Part shown: piece after piece, positions 1 to 11,933 of the stretch | Layout of the letters: each line of letters opens with the position of its first letter | Position numbering within the stretch: position 1 is the first letter of the stretch | Origin: Squalus acanthias | Taxonomy: Eukaryota | NCBI GenBank assembly: GCA_030390025.1 | Contig: CM059432.1 | Location: 24,244,001 to 24,308,000, forward strand | Length of the DNA: 64,000 bases | Reading direction: 5' to 3' | Made by a program: the position numbers and the translations under genes | The notes under the pieces: generated by a model | Seen by the model: only the letters and a program-made list of their open reading frames with translations | What the model was told of the DNA's origin: nothing | The model's database searches: none

Positions 1-260
1 GCTCGATCAAATCTCCTCTCAACCTTCTCTGCTCTCAGGAGAACAACCCTAGCTTCTCCAGTCTATCCACGTAACTGAAGTCCCTCATCCCTGGAACCAT
101 TCTTGTAAATATTTTCTGCACCCTCTCTAAGGCCTTCACATCTTTCCTAAAGTGCGGTGCCCAGAATTGGACACAATACTCCAGTTGAGGCTGAACCAGT
201 GTTTTATAAAGGTTCATCATAACTTCCTTGCTTTTATACTCTATGCCTCTATTTATGAAG

Positions 261-470
261 TTGAGAGGTCGCACAACACCAGGTTATAGTCCAACAGTTT
301 TATTTGAAATCACAAGCTTTCGGAGCTATCGCTCCTTCCTCAGGTGAAAGGAAGGAGCGATAGCTCCGAAAGCTTGTGATTTCAAATAAAACTGTTGGAC
401 TATAACCTGGTGTTGTGCGACCTCTCAATTTTGTCCACCCCAGTCCAACACCGGCATCTCCGCATCATGA
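261..470. mobile_element. Penelope-like terminal-repeat insertion: inverted arm + direct arm + tail, 15-bp TSD
   Basis: Perfect 80-bp inverted repeat (261-340 / 349-428). CCTCTATTTATGAAG is duplicated at 246-260 and 471-485. Contains a hammerhead core. Confidence 0.8.
310..347 (-). ncRNA. Minimal type I hammerhead ribozyme motif (Penelope-associated)
   Basis: Minus strand reads UCAC CUGAGGA A GGAGC-GAUA-GCUCC GAAA GC UU GUGA: stem I UCAC/GUGA, CUGANGA core, stem II, GAAA, palindromic AAGCUU stem III, UH site. Confidence 0.75.
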
Positions 471-1537
471 CCTCTATTTATGAAGCCCAGGATCCCATAT
501 GCTTTTTTAACCGCTTTCTCAACCTGCCCTGCCACCTTCAACGATTTGTACACATATACCCCCAGGTCTCTCTGTTCATGCACCCCCTTTAGAATTGTAC
601 CCTTTAGTTTATATTGCCTCTCCTCGTTTTTCCTACCAAAATGTATCACTTTGCACTTTTCTGCGTTAAATTTCATCTGCCACGTGTCCGCCCATTCCAC
701 CAGCCTGTCTATGTCCTCTTGCAGTCTATCACTATCCTCCTCACTGTTCACTATACTTCCAAGTTTTGTGTCATATGCAAATTTTGAAATTGTGCCCTGT
801 ACTCCCAAGTCCAAGTCATTAATATATATCAAGGAAAGCAGTGGTCCTAATACCGACCCCTGGGGAACACCACTGTATACCTTCCTCCAGCCGATAAACA
901 ACCGTTCACTACTACTCTCTGTTTCCTGTCAATTTTGTATCCATGCTGCCACTGTCTCTTTTATTCCATGGGCTTCAACTTTGCTGGCAAGCCTATTATG
1001 TGGCACTTTATCAAATGCCTTTTGGAGTAGATAACAACATAACTAGGGGGAAAAATTTGGTACCTTAGCGCCTCCCGTTAGCGCCTCCAGGGGGTGCTAA
1101 CGGGGCGCTACAAGCTTAGTGACTGGGCGCGGCGATAGTACCGACGCCAGCGAAATTAAAGTGGAGGTTTGCGGCGGCGGTAACCACTAGTGCCACGCTC
1201 TCCTGCGTCTGGAGATCGTGACGTCATCTGGCTGCACAGCGCCCCGGTTAGCGCCGGCTCAGAAATTCACTCTCACCCCCTGCCTGAGCGCCTGCCGTTA
1301 GCAACGACAGTGGAGGAGGCATTATGCAGTCAGATGAACGCTGGGGTAGTGGTATGTAAAGGTGTCAACATCCGATTTATTTTTAGTCGGCAAAGAATGC
1401 TGCCTTATCAGTTTGACATCGGCAAGCAGGCGTTTTGAGCGATTTCAGCGTTTTTCACTTGAAGGAGTCGTCTGCCTCAGAAAAAGTATTCAGTTTCATT
1501 TAGGTGAGATTTTAAAGGGCAACATTTCCATACTTTA

Positions 1538-2723
1538 ATGGGGGCTGCACTGGCACTGGACCTCGCCCTCCAGCATCAACGTCGGAGGCAGCGGAGGCAG
1601 AGAGAAAGACTGCAAAATGTGGCCAGAGGGAGGAGGGCCAACAGGGCTCTCAACAGGAGGCCTTACCCACCCAGGGTATTCCGGCAGCATTTCTCCTACA
1701 TCAAATTCACTGAGGAACAGTGTCTTAGAAGGCTCCGCTTCACCAAGGAAGTGGTCACAGAGCTCTGCCACCTCCTGCAGCCAGACCTCGAGCCTCACAT
1801 GAGGACCACCAGGGCTCTCTCAGTGGAAGTCAAGGTCACCGTCACTCTCAATTTCTATGCCAGCGAATCCTTCCAGTGTGCAACAGGAGATATATCTAAC
1901 AGATCACAGTTCGCCGACCATTGCTACATCTGTAAGGTCACAGATGCTCGCTACAGAAGGAGAAGGGACTACATTTCCTTCCCCATGACCAGAGAGAAGC
2001 AGGACGAGTGTGCATGTGGCTTTGCCAGGATTGCGGGCTTCCCCATGGTGCAGGGCGCCATTGACTGCACCCACGTCGCTTTGCGGGCACCGCATAACAA
2101 TCCTGAAGTATTCCGTAACCGCAAAGGCTACCACTCACTTAATGTGTAGTTGGTGTGCGACCACACACAGTGAATCCTCACCGTCAATGCCCGCTATCCT
2201 GGCAGCAGCCACAATGCCTTCATCCTGTGCCAGACCAGTGTGCCAGCTCTGTTCCAGCCACCACATCAAGCTCGCGGCTGGCTGGTCGGAGACAAAGGGC
2301 TATCCGCTCTCCACCTGGCTCATGACTCCCCTCCGCAACCCCAACACTCGTGCCCAGCACTCATACAATGAGAGCCATGCTGCCACCAGGACCATCATCG
2401 AGCAGAACATCGAAGTGCTCAGGCAACGGTTCTGCTGCCTTGACCGCTCGGGAGGAACCCTGTAGTACTTGGCTGAGCGGGTGTCCCTTTTTGTCATCGT
2501 CTGCTGCATGCTGCACGACTTGGCCATCATGAGTGCGCAGCCATTGACACCAGGCATAGCCGCACCACTTCAGGAGGAGGTAGAAGGAGACGAGGAGGAT
2601 GAGGACGAGGACGAGGAGGAGGAGGAACAGGAGCACAAACAGCAGCGACGGAGGAGGCCGCCACTCAATTGGCCTTGTGGAAGGGCGGTCCATGTCCGCC
2701 TCATCAGACTTTGTTTCCAATGA
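1538..2723 (+). pseudogene. Harbinger DDE transposase (HARBI1-like), disrupted
   Basis: Motifs [70 protein letters not shown] and an acidic C-terminal tract. In-frame stops near 2147, 2171 and 2463 and a frameshift near 2290. Confidence 0.93.
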
Positions 2724-2888
2724 TTTCGAGGCCACTTCCCGGTTGCTCAGCCCATCCCCATCAATCCATCAATTTCTCATTCCATGCCACACCCCAAAGC
2801 TGAAATGAGACACAACCCCAAATCTGCAACATTCCAATAATAAATGTATCCAAATTCAGGAACCACATACATACAACAACAATATTAA

Positions 2889-4576
2889 CTAATCACCCTT
2901 GTGCAAACCCTTACTTCCCCTCTTTATATTGCCTTTCCCTAATCTACTGCTCCTACATAGTGTCTTCCCAGTAGCTGCAGCAGGGATGGTGGAAGGCTGC
3001 TGAGTGTTGGTGCCAGAGACTTCAGATGGCCTTGCAGGATGCCCTTGACCAGCTCTGGGCCTGCAAGGCCTGGCTGTACACTGTGCCACCTCAGGAAGGG
3101 CGGCGGCAGTCTGGGCTGGCTGGATGACAGGCAGCGACAAGTGCAGTGGCGGAGTGGCAGTGGTGGGATCAGGAATGCTGTCATCCTGAGAGAGGACAGC
3201 AGGTTCCTGCTCCACTGACCCACTGCCACTCCCCCGGGGCAGCACCTCAGCATCACTACTAATCTGCTGGAGCACAGATTGGTGGCCTGCCATGAGATCC
3301 CCGGTGGACTGTGGTGGACCCAGCGATGATGGCAGCAGTCAGAGCTTGCGTGGTATCAAGCTGAGACTGCATGAGAGCAGACTGAGATTTGATGCCACCA
3401 AGCATAGACTGCATTACAGCATTAAGATGTTGCGTCGCTTCCGCCTGTGCTGCAATGGAAGCTGCCACATCGCCCATGACACGCATCATCAGGTCTGGAC
3501 CTAGACGGTTTCTCTGGGAGTCCACCATCCTCTGCAGAGTGGAAATGATGGGCTCCATGGTGTGCGCAGAGCTCTGTGAAATGTTGGAGGCGGACTCCTC
3601 CACGTTCCTTACCATTGCCGAGAGGCTCTCGGGCACCCTTGCCATTGCATCTATCATCTCAGAGTGCATGGCCATCATCCTTCTTCTGAACGCCTCCCCA
3701 TCGAGGTCCTCATCTGAGTCCTGTGAAGCAGAACTCGCGCGCGAACTCACCTTCTGGGGAGCTGGCTCCCAAGCTACCCTTTCCCCCTGGCCTTGCTGCA
3801 GCCCGCTCGTCCCCAGTGCATCACCCGCGTTAAGGTGAGGGCAGGGGGTTAGGAAGGGAGCAAGGAATGTAGACAGCATCAGGAGCTGGAAAGTGGGAAA
3901 GACTTGTGGTGTGAGGGGGAAGTAGGATGAGAGAAGGAGAGGGGATCAACATACCGTTGTTGCCCCCAAGGAGGTTGACGTTGCCGACGGCCACGCCGCC
4001 CACCACCTGGCACCCAATGAGTCACAGCACTCGCTCCTCCAGGTTTGAAAGCTGCTGGAGCTGCGCATCACCCCCGCCTGTTCTCTGCTGCTCCCTCCTA
4101 TTGTGGGCCATCTTGGCCTGCAAGAGAAACAAATGTGTGTGAGTCAGAGTCCAGCTGTGTTTTTGGGAGATATGCCTGCTGTTGTTGAATAGCTATGATT
4201 GTAGGCAAGGCGTGAGATGTGGATGTGAATTTGAGTAGGTGCAGATGCTTGGTGGGGGTATGGTGGTTTGTGCAGTGTGTACAGACTGAGGTTCAGATGC
4301 TGATATGTAGGACCTGTTGAAGCATGTACTCACCTTGACCACATGAGTGAGGTCGTTGAATTTCTTGTGGCACTGTGTCAGGCTGCGTACGACCACACTA
4401 CTGGCCGAGACCTCCTGGGCCACTTCCCTCCACATTGCCCTGAAGACCTGGGGCAATGGCCTCCTTGCAGTGTTCGGGAACAGCACAGCTGTCCTTCGCT
4501 CCACTCCTGCGACCACTGCCTCCAATGCCTCGTCCATGAAATGACGAGCTCTCTCCCTGGGAGTGGGATCAGCCAT
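2889..4576 (-). pseudogene. Harbinger Myb/SANT-like DNA-binding protein, three exons (4576-4334, 4117-3955, about 3824-2889)
   Basis: Exon 1 reads MADPTPRERARHF..W.EVA..RSLTQCHKKFNDL with donor GTGAGT. Exon 2 reads AKMAHNRREQQRTGGG with acceptor CTTGCAG and donor GTATGT. There is an internal stop, an apparently mutated exon 3 acceptor and a frameshift near 3290. Confidence 0.85.
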
Positions 4577-4631
4577 CACGATCAAGGGATTGAGTTGCAT
4601 GCAGGTTGCCTTCACAGCCAGCAATGCTGAT

Positions 4632-5692
4632 AATAAGAACATAAGAAATAGGAGCAGGAGTAGGCCATTTGGCCCCTTGAGCCTGCTCCGCCATTCAAGA
4701 AGATCATGGCTGATCTGGTCTTGACCTCAACTCTACTTTCCTGCCCGCACCCCATAACCCTTGAGTCCCTTATTTTTCAAAAATATATTGACTGACTCAG
4801 CCTCTACAGCTCTCTGGGGTAGAGAATTCCAAAGATTCATGACCCTCTGAGAGAAGAAATTCCTCCTCATCTCCATTTTAAATGTGCGACTCCTTATTCT
4901 GAAACTATGCCCCCTAGTTCTAGATTCTCCCACAAGGGGAAACATCCTCTCTGCATCTACCCTGTCAAACCCCCTCAGAATCTTATACATTTCAATAAGA
5001 CCACCTCTCATTCTTCTAAACTCCAATGAGTATAGGCCCAAGCTGCTCAACCTTTCTTCATAAGACAACCCCTTCATCTCAGGAATCAACCTCGTGAACC
5101 TTCTCTGAACTGCCTCCAATGCAAGTATATGCCTCCTTAAATAAGGAGACCAAAACTGTACGCAGTACTCCAGGTGTGGTCTCACCAACAGTTGTAGCAG
5201 GACTTCCCTACTTTTATACTCCATCCCCCTTGCAATAAAGGCCAACATTCCATTAGCCTTCCTAATTACTTGCTGTACCTGCGTGCTAACTTTTTGTGTT
5301 TCCTGTACAAGGACCCCCAGATCCCTGTGTACTGCAGCATTTTGTAGTCTCCGTCCATTTAAATAATAATTTACTTTTTTATTTTTCCTACCAAAGTGGA
5401 TAACCTCACATTTCCCATATTATACTCCATCTGCCAAATTTTTGCCCACTCACTTAACCTATCTATATCCCTTTGCAGATTCTTTGTGTCCTCTTCACAA
5501 CTTGCTTTCCCACCTGTCTTTGTATCGTCAGCAAATTTGGCTACATTACACTCGGTCCCTTCATCCATGTCATTAATATAGATTGTAAACAGCTGAGGCC
5601 CCAGCACTGATCCCTGTGGCACTCCACTAGTTACAGTTTGCCAACCTGAAAATGACCCATTTATCCTGACTCTCTGTTTCCTGTTAGTTAGC
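4632..5692 (-). mobile_element. 5'-truncated CR1 LINE inserted in the Harbinger element
   Basis: RT ORFs 5371-5712 and 4733-5248 (KFADDTK, HLEYCVQFWSPY). 3' UTR with (TTCTTATG)-type tail at 4632-4650. Confidence 0.95.
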
Positions 5693-7233
5693 ATAAGGAT
5701 GAGGATCTGCACAATGATGCAACCTTCCCTTTAAGAGCTGGAAGGGGCCAGTGTGAAGGATCATTCCCAATTGCATAGCACCTGAAATTCATTATCGCTC
5801 TGCTGGTAGCGCCCCTGTAGCACCCTACTTAGGTCATTAGAGCTTGATTTAGCGCTCCAGCTCTTTCCAGGAGTGCTAACAGCCAATTTAGGGGAAGCTC
5901 AGAATCATTAGCGCCTGGCGCTAATTTTTCACGATTTAAAAAATTAGCGTGCAAAACGGGGCGATACTGAATTTCTCCCCCAAGTTTCATATCTCAATGT
6001 TCCTTCTTTAGTTTGCAATGACAGGTTGCTCATGTTTAGGAGGTCACAGTTTTTCTTAACTTTTAGCCATTAGCTACCCTGCAGCTGTTAGTCTAAAAAC
6101 AGTTTCAGCTGTTTGAGCAGTTTAATTAACAGAAACAAGTATTCCAGCCAATGCCTGAGTCTTTCGAGCCGAGTCCCTCTAAGTTCCCTTCTAAACCTAT
6201 ATTTTCTTACACTGTTCCCCAGCAAAGTCAATCACACAAACCTAACTCCACCATGCTTTTTTTATAGATAATGCTTACTGGGTTATTTTTTTCAAAGTAA
6301 TAACTTTGTACATTAGGTGGTATACTAAAGGAGAAAATAATAACCAGAGACTATCGTAACAAAGACTGCTATCTCACAAATTATTATCTTTTGCTCAATT
6401 TGATAATGTTGGTGGAGTTACCAATCAACAGAAAATCCATTTGAACAGCACTGAAAATGAAAGTTAGCAGTAGGTCTGATAGAAAGGGATGGATCCCTCA
6501 AGAGAAAGTGATGGATTTAATTAGAAACTGCATTTTCTAAGCTTTGGACATAGATAGACACTGCAGGGTAGATTTTGACTTTGTGCAATAGTGTAAGATG
6601 GATGAGAGCAAATCGGCAGTCCATTTTCCATATCTTTTGATTTTTCATTGTGGAAATAAAAACCGGAAAGATGTAAAACAGGGTGCCGTTTCGCCATGAT
6701 CCATTTTACACTATCGCCCAAAGTCAATATCTAACCCTGCTACTTCTAAGGGGTAATTTTCCGATCTTGCGCTCCTGGTGGGAGCCTCACTTACTGGAAG
6801 CACATCTCAGAAATTTGGAGCTTCCAGTTCCCTGAAAGAGCCAACTCCCCCAGGAGTGAAATGTTGGACAATGAAAATTAACCTTTAAAGAAAAATTGTA
6901 TGAATATGAAAATCTGTTCATGAATGGGACTGAAGGTTATGAGCGAGGATAAACATGGATGATCAAATACGCTATGAGATGTGATATTCCTGTGGCACTG
7001 GGACTTTAGAAGTGTCACCTATGGAATACGTTGATTAGATAGATTTCTTTCAGAATATAACATTTTGGGTTACAGTATATGAGTAATTTGAGGCATGACA
7101 TGTGTTAAGTGTAACATGTTTAGAAGGAAAATGGTGACTTTGGACCTATGGTTCCCAAAGCTCTCCACCACTGGGGCTTTCCTCATGACATTTCTGGCTA
7201 TGATATAGACTAATTGATAGAGATTGATTGCTG

Positions 7234-8030
7234 TGTAAGATGTGTGGAAATCACCCCTCTCCCCATCCAACAGTTTCCAAAGTCCAGACCCGTCGAACAG
7301 AAAACACAACACCCAAGGATTCAGGAATAAATTCCTTTACTTAAAATCAGCAAGAGGTTACAAGTAAGTTCACACAAAACTGTTGCATATAATACTCCCC
7401 ATTATATCTAAGCACACACAGATTAATTACCTTATTTTAAGATCAAGTGATAATAAGCCCACAATACATACGTACTAACACCAGTGAGTGGTCAATTCAG
7501 CGATGACTAGATGTACGCCTTTAACTGGAAACTGACCAAGTTGCCCCTGACTGCAGCAGCCCCGAGTGTCTTGAAACAGCACCTCTTATACCCTAAAACT
7601 TGGCAACCCTCCCACTGTGTAAGTGTCTCTAACTATATGGACAATGGTCATCAGTTGGTTTTCAGTTCTTCTTATCAATAGTTCGTTAAGCATCCGTGGG
7701 CCTTCAAGGCCGGTTACATAGTCTGAAGATGTTTCCATAGTTCAATAGTCTGTTCCCACAGGACTCTCAAAGCATGCTTTCCTTATCTTGGTAAAAGGCA
7801 GCTCGCAGCCTTTCACAGCTTACAACCGTAACAGTTCATTTTACATTTTTTAGCAGAAAGTCTCTGTTCCTGCCCAAAGTCTTCTTTATCTGTCAATGGT
7901 TTTCGTACAAGAGTTCTCACAGGAACCAGCTTCTCAGATTCCCGAAGCATGCTGGTATATTAAAATTTGGTCAACCTTTTAAGTTTGGTCAAGTTACAGC
8001 AAAATTTATAGCAAATGGCTTATTCTTACA
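7234..8030 (-). mobile_element. Solo LTR (about 0.8 kb) inserted in an old CR1 3' end
   Basis: Termini TGTAAGA...TCTTACA, flanks GCTG/GCTA (near TSD), and CR1 3' sequence continues on both sides. Orientation is inferred from TATAAG and AGTAAA on the minus strand. Confidence 0.7.
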
Positions 8031-8606
8031 GCTATGGTTAGTCAACAACTCCATTATCATTGTATCATGCGACTACCAGGATGGTAGAAGTCAAACTAGA
8101 TGGACCTTGGTCTTTTTTCATCTAAAAATTCCTATGTTCCTATGGTCAAGGATGAATAGTGTGGGCTGTAAGACTAGTTTGACACATTGGAGGCTAGCTT
8201 AATTGCTATTGGGGGTGGAGAAATGAAACTTTATGTTATTGGAGTTTTGCCTGAAGTCAACTCACTCTCTTGGAAGATTTGCAATGCATTCACACTCAGC
8301 ACAGTTGCACCATTAATTTCCATGGGGATTCTCTTGGTCATCCACTGTAATTTTGGCAGATGATCCATGGAAAGCCCCAAAGTTATGACTGACAATCAGA
8401 AGAACACTCACAAAGAGAAAACACTTTGCTCGGACACTGCAGTTACAGTGTAAATATACTGAGTGAGTCAATAGAGTCTTTATTAGAATCCATGGTCCAA
8501 CAATGTAATGAATTTAATGGGCCAAATGGCTTTAATTTGTCTATTCTTTATGTTGTTACTACCCTTTCAGCCATGAACAGCTACAAATGAAACATATTAA
8601 TGTCTC

Positions 8607-8860
8607 AAATAAAAACAGAAAATGCTGGACATACTCAGCAGGTCAGGCAGCATCTGTGGAGAGAGAAACAGAGTTAACGTTTCAGGTCGATGATGACCTT
8701 TTGTCAGAACTGGAAAAAGTTAGAGATGTAACAGGTTTTAAGCAAGTGCAGGGGCAGGGAAAGCGGGGAGGGGAGGAAAGAACTAAAGGGATGGTCTGTG
8801 ATAGGGTGGAAGGCAGGAGAGATTAAATGACAAAAGGTATGATTGTATAAAGCAAACGTA
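8607..8860 (-). mobile_element. Penelope terminal-repeat fragment, family B, with a degenerate hammerhead core (8672-8711)
   Basis: Minus strand AGTT CTGACAA..AGGTC..GACCT GAAA CG TT AACT. The same repeat occurs near 36870, 38360, 49490 and 59503. Confidence 0.75.
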
Positions 8861-8898
8861 TTAATGTCTGCCCACAGTTCCAACAGTTTGAGAATACA

Positions 8899-9502
8899 GG
8901 GGTGATTTTTACAGGAGGAGTGCAGATCAGTTACACTTTAACCAGGTACAGCCACGCAAATAAAGCATGAGGGGGTGTAACCTACATTTGCCAGGCAGGC
9001 ACAGGGCCTAAGGACCACTTTTACTTTGGAAGGGTACCCAGGAGGTCAAGGCCTTGCACCCAGCCCTTCTCAGCTCAGAGGACCTGAGAAGGGTAGGCAC
9101 CAAGAAGATGGAGCCACAAAAAAGATAAGTATCTGCTCCTAACAAGTCCTGCGCACCACCTTTGGAGGTCCTCCAGGCCCCAGAAGGAAAATCTAGACAT
9201 CAGCTGCCCCGGGCTCCCCACTTCCCATCCGTGAGACCCTGTTGAAATCTCCTCCCCGCCCCCACCCCATAACTTACCTGAGTGCTGGTGGACGCCTCTG
9301 AGCTGCTCGATGATCGCCTGCCTAGCACTCAGCCAACTGCCTCCTTATGTCCGTTTCGGGCAATCAGCTGACCGGCGGGCTGGAAATGAAGTCTGGGAGT
9401 TAAAATAACCCGGGCCTTGAACTGATGCCATTGGAGGGGGCGAGTTTGACGCCTGCCCTGCCTTTTGCCTACCTGAAACCGGCTCCCAGTTAAATCCGCC
9501 CC
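8899..9502. mobile_element. Probable non-autonomous DNA transposon (Harbinger-type MITE)
   Basis: GC-rich block bounded by GGGGTGATTTTTAC...GTTAAATCCGCCCC, an imperfect inverted pair. Confidence 0.5.
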
Positions 9503-9989
9503 ATAAAAATGTCAGTCTGTCTGTCTGCTCTCTCTCCTGAAATGATAATGGTGTCTTGTATTGAAGACTTGAATCATTTATGGAGATATAAAATAATGAC
9601 TGTTATTGATTAACATTGAACTGTGCATTAACTGAAGATCTTTCCACAGTAAGTGTTTTCCAGCAGACAGTAATCCAATAATTTATTTATTTTCTACATG
9701 CACTGGATATGATCATGAAAAAAATACATTTACCAGTCTTTAGTAAACATTATTGACAAGCATATTATGGAAGTTATGAAAATTGTTACGATTATTTCTT
9801 ATTTAAAACCACATTTTAAAGAGTACTTGCTGGTAGTCAGAAGTTGCTTTGGCTCTTTTTGCCCAGAAGATTGCAAACACTTAAGCTTTTTTGGCAACGT
9901 AAGTAATTTTGTCTTTTCGGTTTCTCCTTATTTACTCTCTGTGATTCTTGTTGGGATGCAACCCTCTGCTGTTTTGCCCAGGGAAACAA

Positions 9990-10550
9990 AATAGAAAGAC
10001 TTGCGTTTATATAGCATCTTATCATGTCTCTACACAGTGCAGTAACGGTTGTTAAACATAGCAGTCATTTTGCACGCAGCAACATTCCACCGACAGCAAT
10101 TGATGAATGACCAGTTAATTCGTTCTTACTGGTGTTGGTTGAGAGAAGAATGTAGGCCAGGACACCCTGTTGTTCTTCAAGTAGGACCATGGGATCATTG
10201 ACGTCCAGCTGAACCATGGAACTGGCAGACTGGGCCTCAAGTCAACATGTTTATCTGAAGGAAGGCACCTCTGAGAATGCAGCACTTCCTCCACACTGCA
10301 CTGAAATGTCAGATTAGATGCTCAAGTCTTGTGGGGGCGACCATTGTAAATTTGGGCACTGGTAGAAAATTGGCTGTTGTATCATCGACTTCAATGGAAG
10401 GAAAATCGGGTGGTGTGTCTAACGGGCGGCTGATCCGCAACTGGCAGTCTTCCGCCCCTGCTCAAAGTGAAACTTATCCCCCTGGAGTTGGGTTTGAACC
10501 CAAACCTTCTGACTCAAGGTGAGAGCGCTATCAACTAACCCAAGCTGACA
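9990..10550 (-). mobile_element. tRNA-derived Deu-domain SINE (SacSINE1-like), interrupted by a short MITE-like insert (about 10333-10482)
   Basis: A/B-box-like head (GGTTCAAACCC), GATCCCATGG..GTGTCCTGGCC core, and tail CTATATAAACGCAAGTCTTTC. Confidence 0.7.
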
Positions 10551-10710
10551 TTTGTCCACTTGTTATTCTTCATATGTGAGACTAGATAGTCATTTTAACC
10601 GTGGAATCAGATCCTGTCCTCACCTGACATCTGCACACACTTTCCAGCAGAATCCACTGGATTATAATCAAGAGTGAGAACACTGGCTGAATTTTTCCCT
10701 CCCTAACCCA

Positions 10711-11565
10711 GCGGCAGTGGCAAGAGGATAAAGAGCGGCCCGAGAGCAGATCTGAATTAAAGCAGCGGCAGGGGCGAGAGGATAAAGAGCGGCCCGAGAG
10801 TAGACCTGAATTAAAGCAGCGGCAGGGGCGAGAGGATAAAGAGCGGCCCGAGAGTAGACCTGAATTAAAGCAGCGGCAGGGGCGAGAGGATAAAGAGCGG
10901 CCCGAGAGCAGATCTGAATTAAAGCAGCGGCAGGGGCGAGAGGATAAAGAGCGGCCCGAGAGTAGACCTGAATTAAAGCAGCGATGAGAGGATAAAGAGC
11001 GGCTTGAGAGCAGACCTGAATTAAAGCAGCGGCAGCGGCGAGAGGATAAAGAGCGGAACGAGAGTGGACCTGAATTAAAGCAGTGGCAGCGGCGAGAGGA
11101 TAAAGAGCGGCCCGAGAGAGGACCTGAATTAAAGCAGCGGCAGCGGCGAGAGGATAAAGAGCGGCCCGAGAGAGGACCTGAATTAAAGCAGCGGCAGCGG
11201 CGAGAGGATAAAGAGTGGCCCGAGAGAGGACCTGAATTAAAGCAGCGGCAGCGGTGAGAGGATAAAGAGCGGCCCGAGAGAGGACCTGAATTAAAGCAAC
11301 GGCAGCGGCGAGAGGATAAAGAGCGGCCCGAGAGAGGACCTGAATTAAAGCAGCGGCAGCGGCGAGAGGATAAAGAGCGGCCCGAGAGAGGACCTGAATT
11401 AAAGCAGCGGCAGCGGCGAGAGGATAAAGAGTGGCCCGAGAGAGGACCTGAATTAAAGCAGCGGCAGCGGTGAGAGGATAAAGAGCGGCCCGAGAGAGGA
11501 CCTGAATTAAAGCAACGGCAGCGGCGAGAGGATAAAGAGCGGCCCGAGAGAGGACCTGAATTAAA
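10711..11565 (+). repeat. Tandem array of 16 x 54-bp units at the 5' end of a CR1 LINE
   Basis: Unit GCAGCGGCAGCGGCGAGAGGATAAAGAGCGGCCCGAGAGAGGACCTGAATTAAA. Unit 6 is 48 bp. Units 9-12 are identical to units 13-16. Confidence 0.97.
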
Positions 11566-11665
11566 GCAATGGCAGTGGTAGCGGCTCCGATTCAAAAACA
11601 AGAACAAAAAAAAAAATCAAAGAGTGATGTCACAGGAGAGCAGGTAGGTGATTGGTTGGTGAGTA

Positions 11666-11933
11666 CAGGGATCCCTCCCCAACCACGGGGGATACGTCCC
11701 TGAAATCCCCCGTGGTTAGTAAAACCGCGGTTGGCAAATTCAGTATGAATGTGTATAAACACAATAAAAAAAATACAAAAAGCATATAAATCATGTTATT
11801 TACCTTATTCCTAAATTAAAAACCGCGGATACGCGAATTTCACAGCCGCGGTTGGCAAAAATTGTCGCAGAGTGGAAACCGTGTATATGTGAAATCCGCG
11901 TATGGCAAAACTGCGGTTGGGGCGGGATTCCTG
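11666..11933. mobile_element. Tc1/mariner-superfamily (pogo/Tigger-like) MITE, 268 bp
   Basis: TIRs CAGGGATCCCTCCCCAACCAC / GCGGTTGGGGCGGGATTCCTG, with TA duplicated at 11664-11665 and 11934-11935. Confidence 0.85.

Larger units (their letters stand above)
1..1025 (-). mobile_element. CR1 LINE ORF2 (reverse transcriptase) fragment, split by an insertion at 261-470
   Basis: ORFs 425-901 and 35-274 read GVPQGSVLGP..YINDLD..KFAYDTKL and QLEYCVQFWAPH..ALERVQ, typical CR1 RT and C-terminal motifs. Closely similar to 61230-63552. Confidence 0.95.
1046..5981 (+). mobile_element. PIF/Harbinger DNA transposon, two-gene autonomous structure, now decayed
   Basis: Imperfect TIRs GGGGGAAAAATTTGGTA / TACTGAATTTCTCCCCC, TTAGCGCC subterminal repeats, convergent transposase and Myb/SANT genes. 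TSD not preserved (CTA vs AAG). Confidence 0.92.

Noticed and set aside
1538..4576. Domesticated HARBI1/NAIF1 host genes
   Set aside because: Both ORFs are disrupted and lie between TIRs, so this is a transposon copy.
10711..11565. CRISPR-like appearance of the regular array
   Set aside because: The units are contiguous near-identical repeats with no unique spacers, there are no cas genes, and the context is eukaryotic.
10582..11607. 341-aa Cys/Arg/Ser-rich ORF on the minus strand
   Set aside because: It is a by-product of a 54-bp (18-codon) stop-free repeat unit, antisense to the CR1 leader, with no other gene features.
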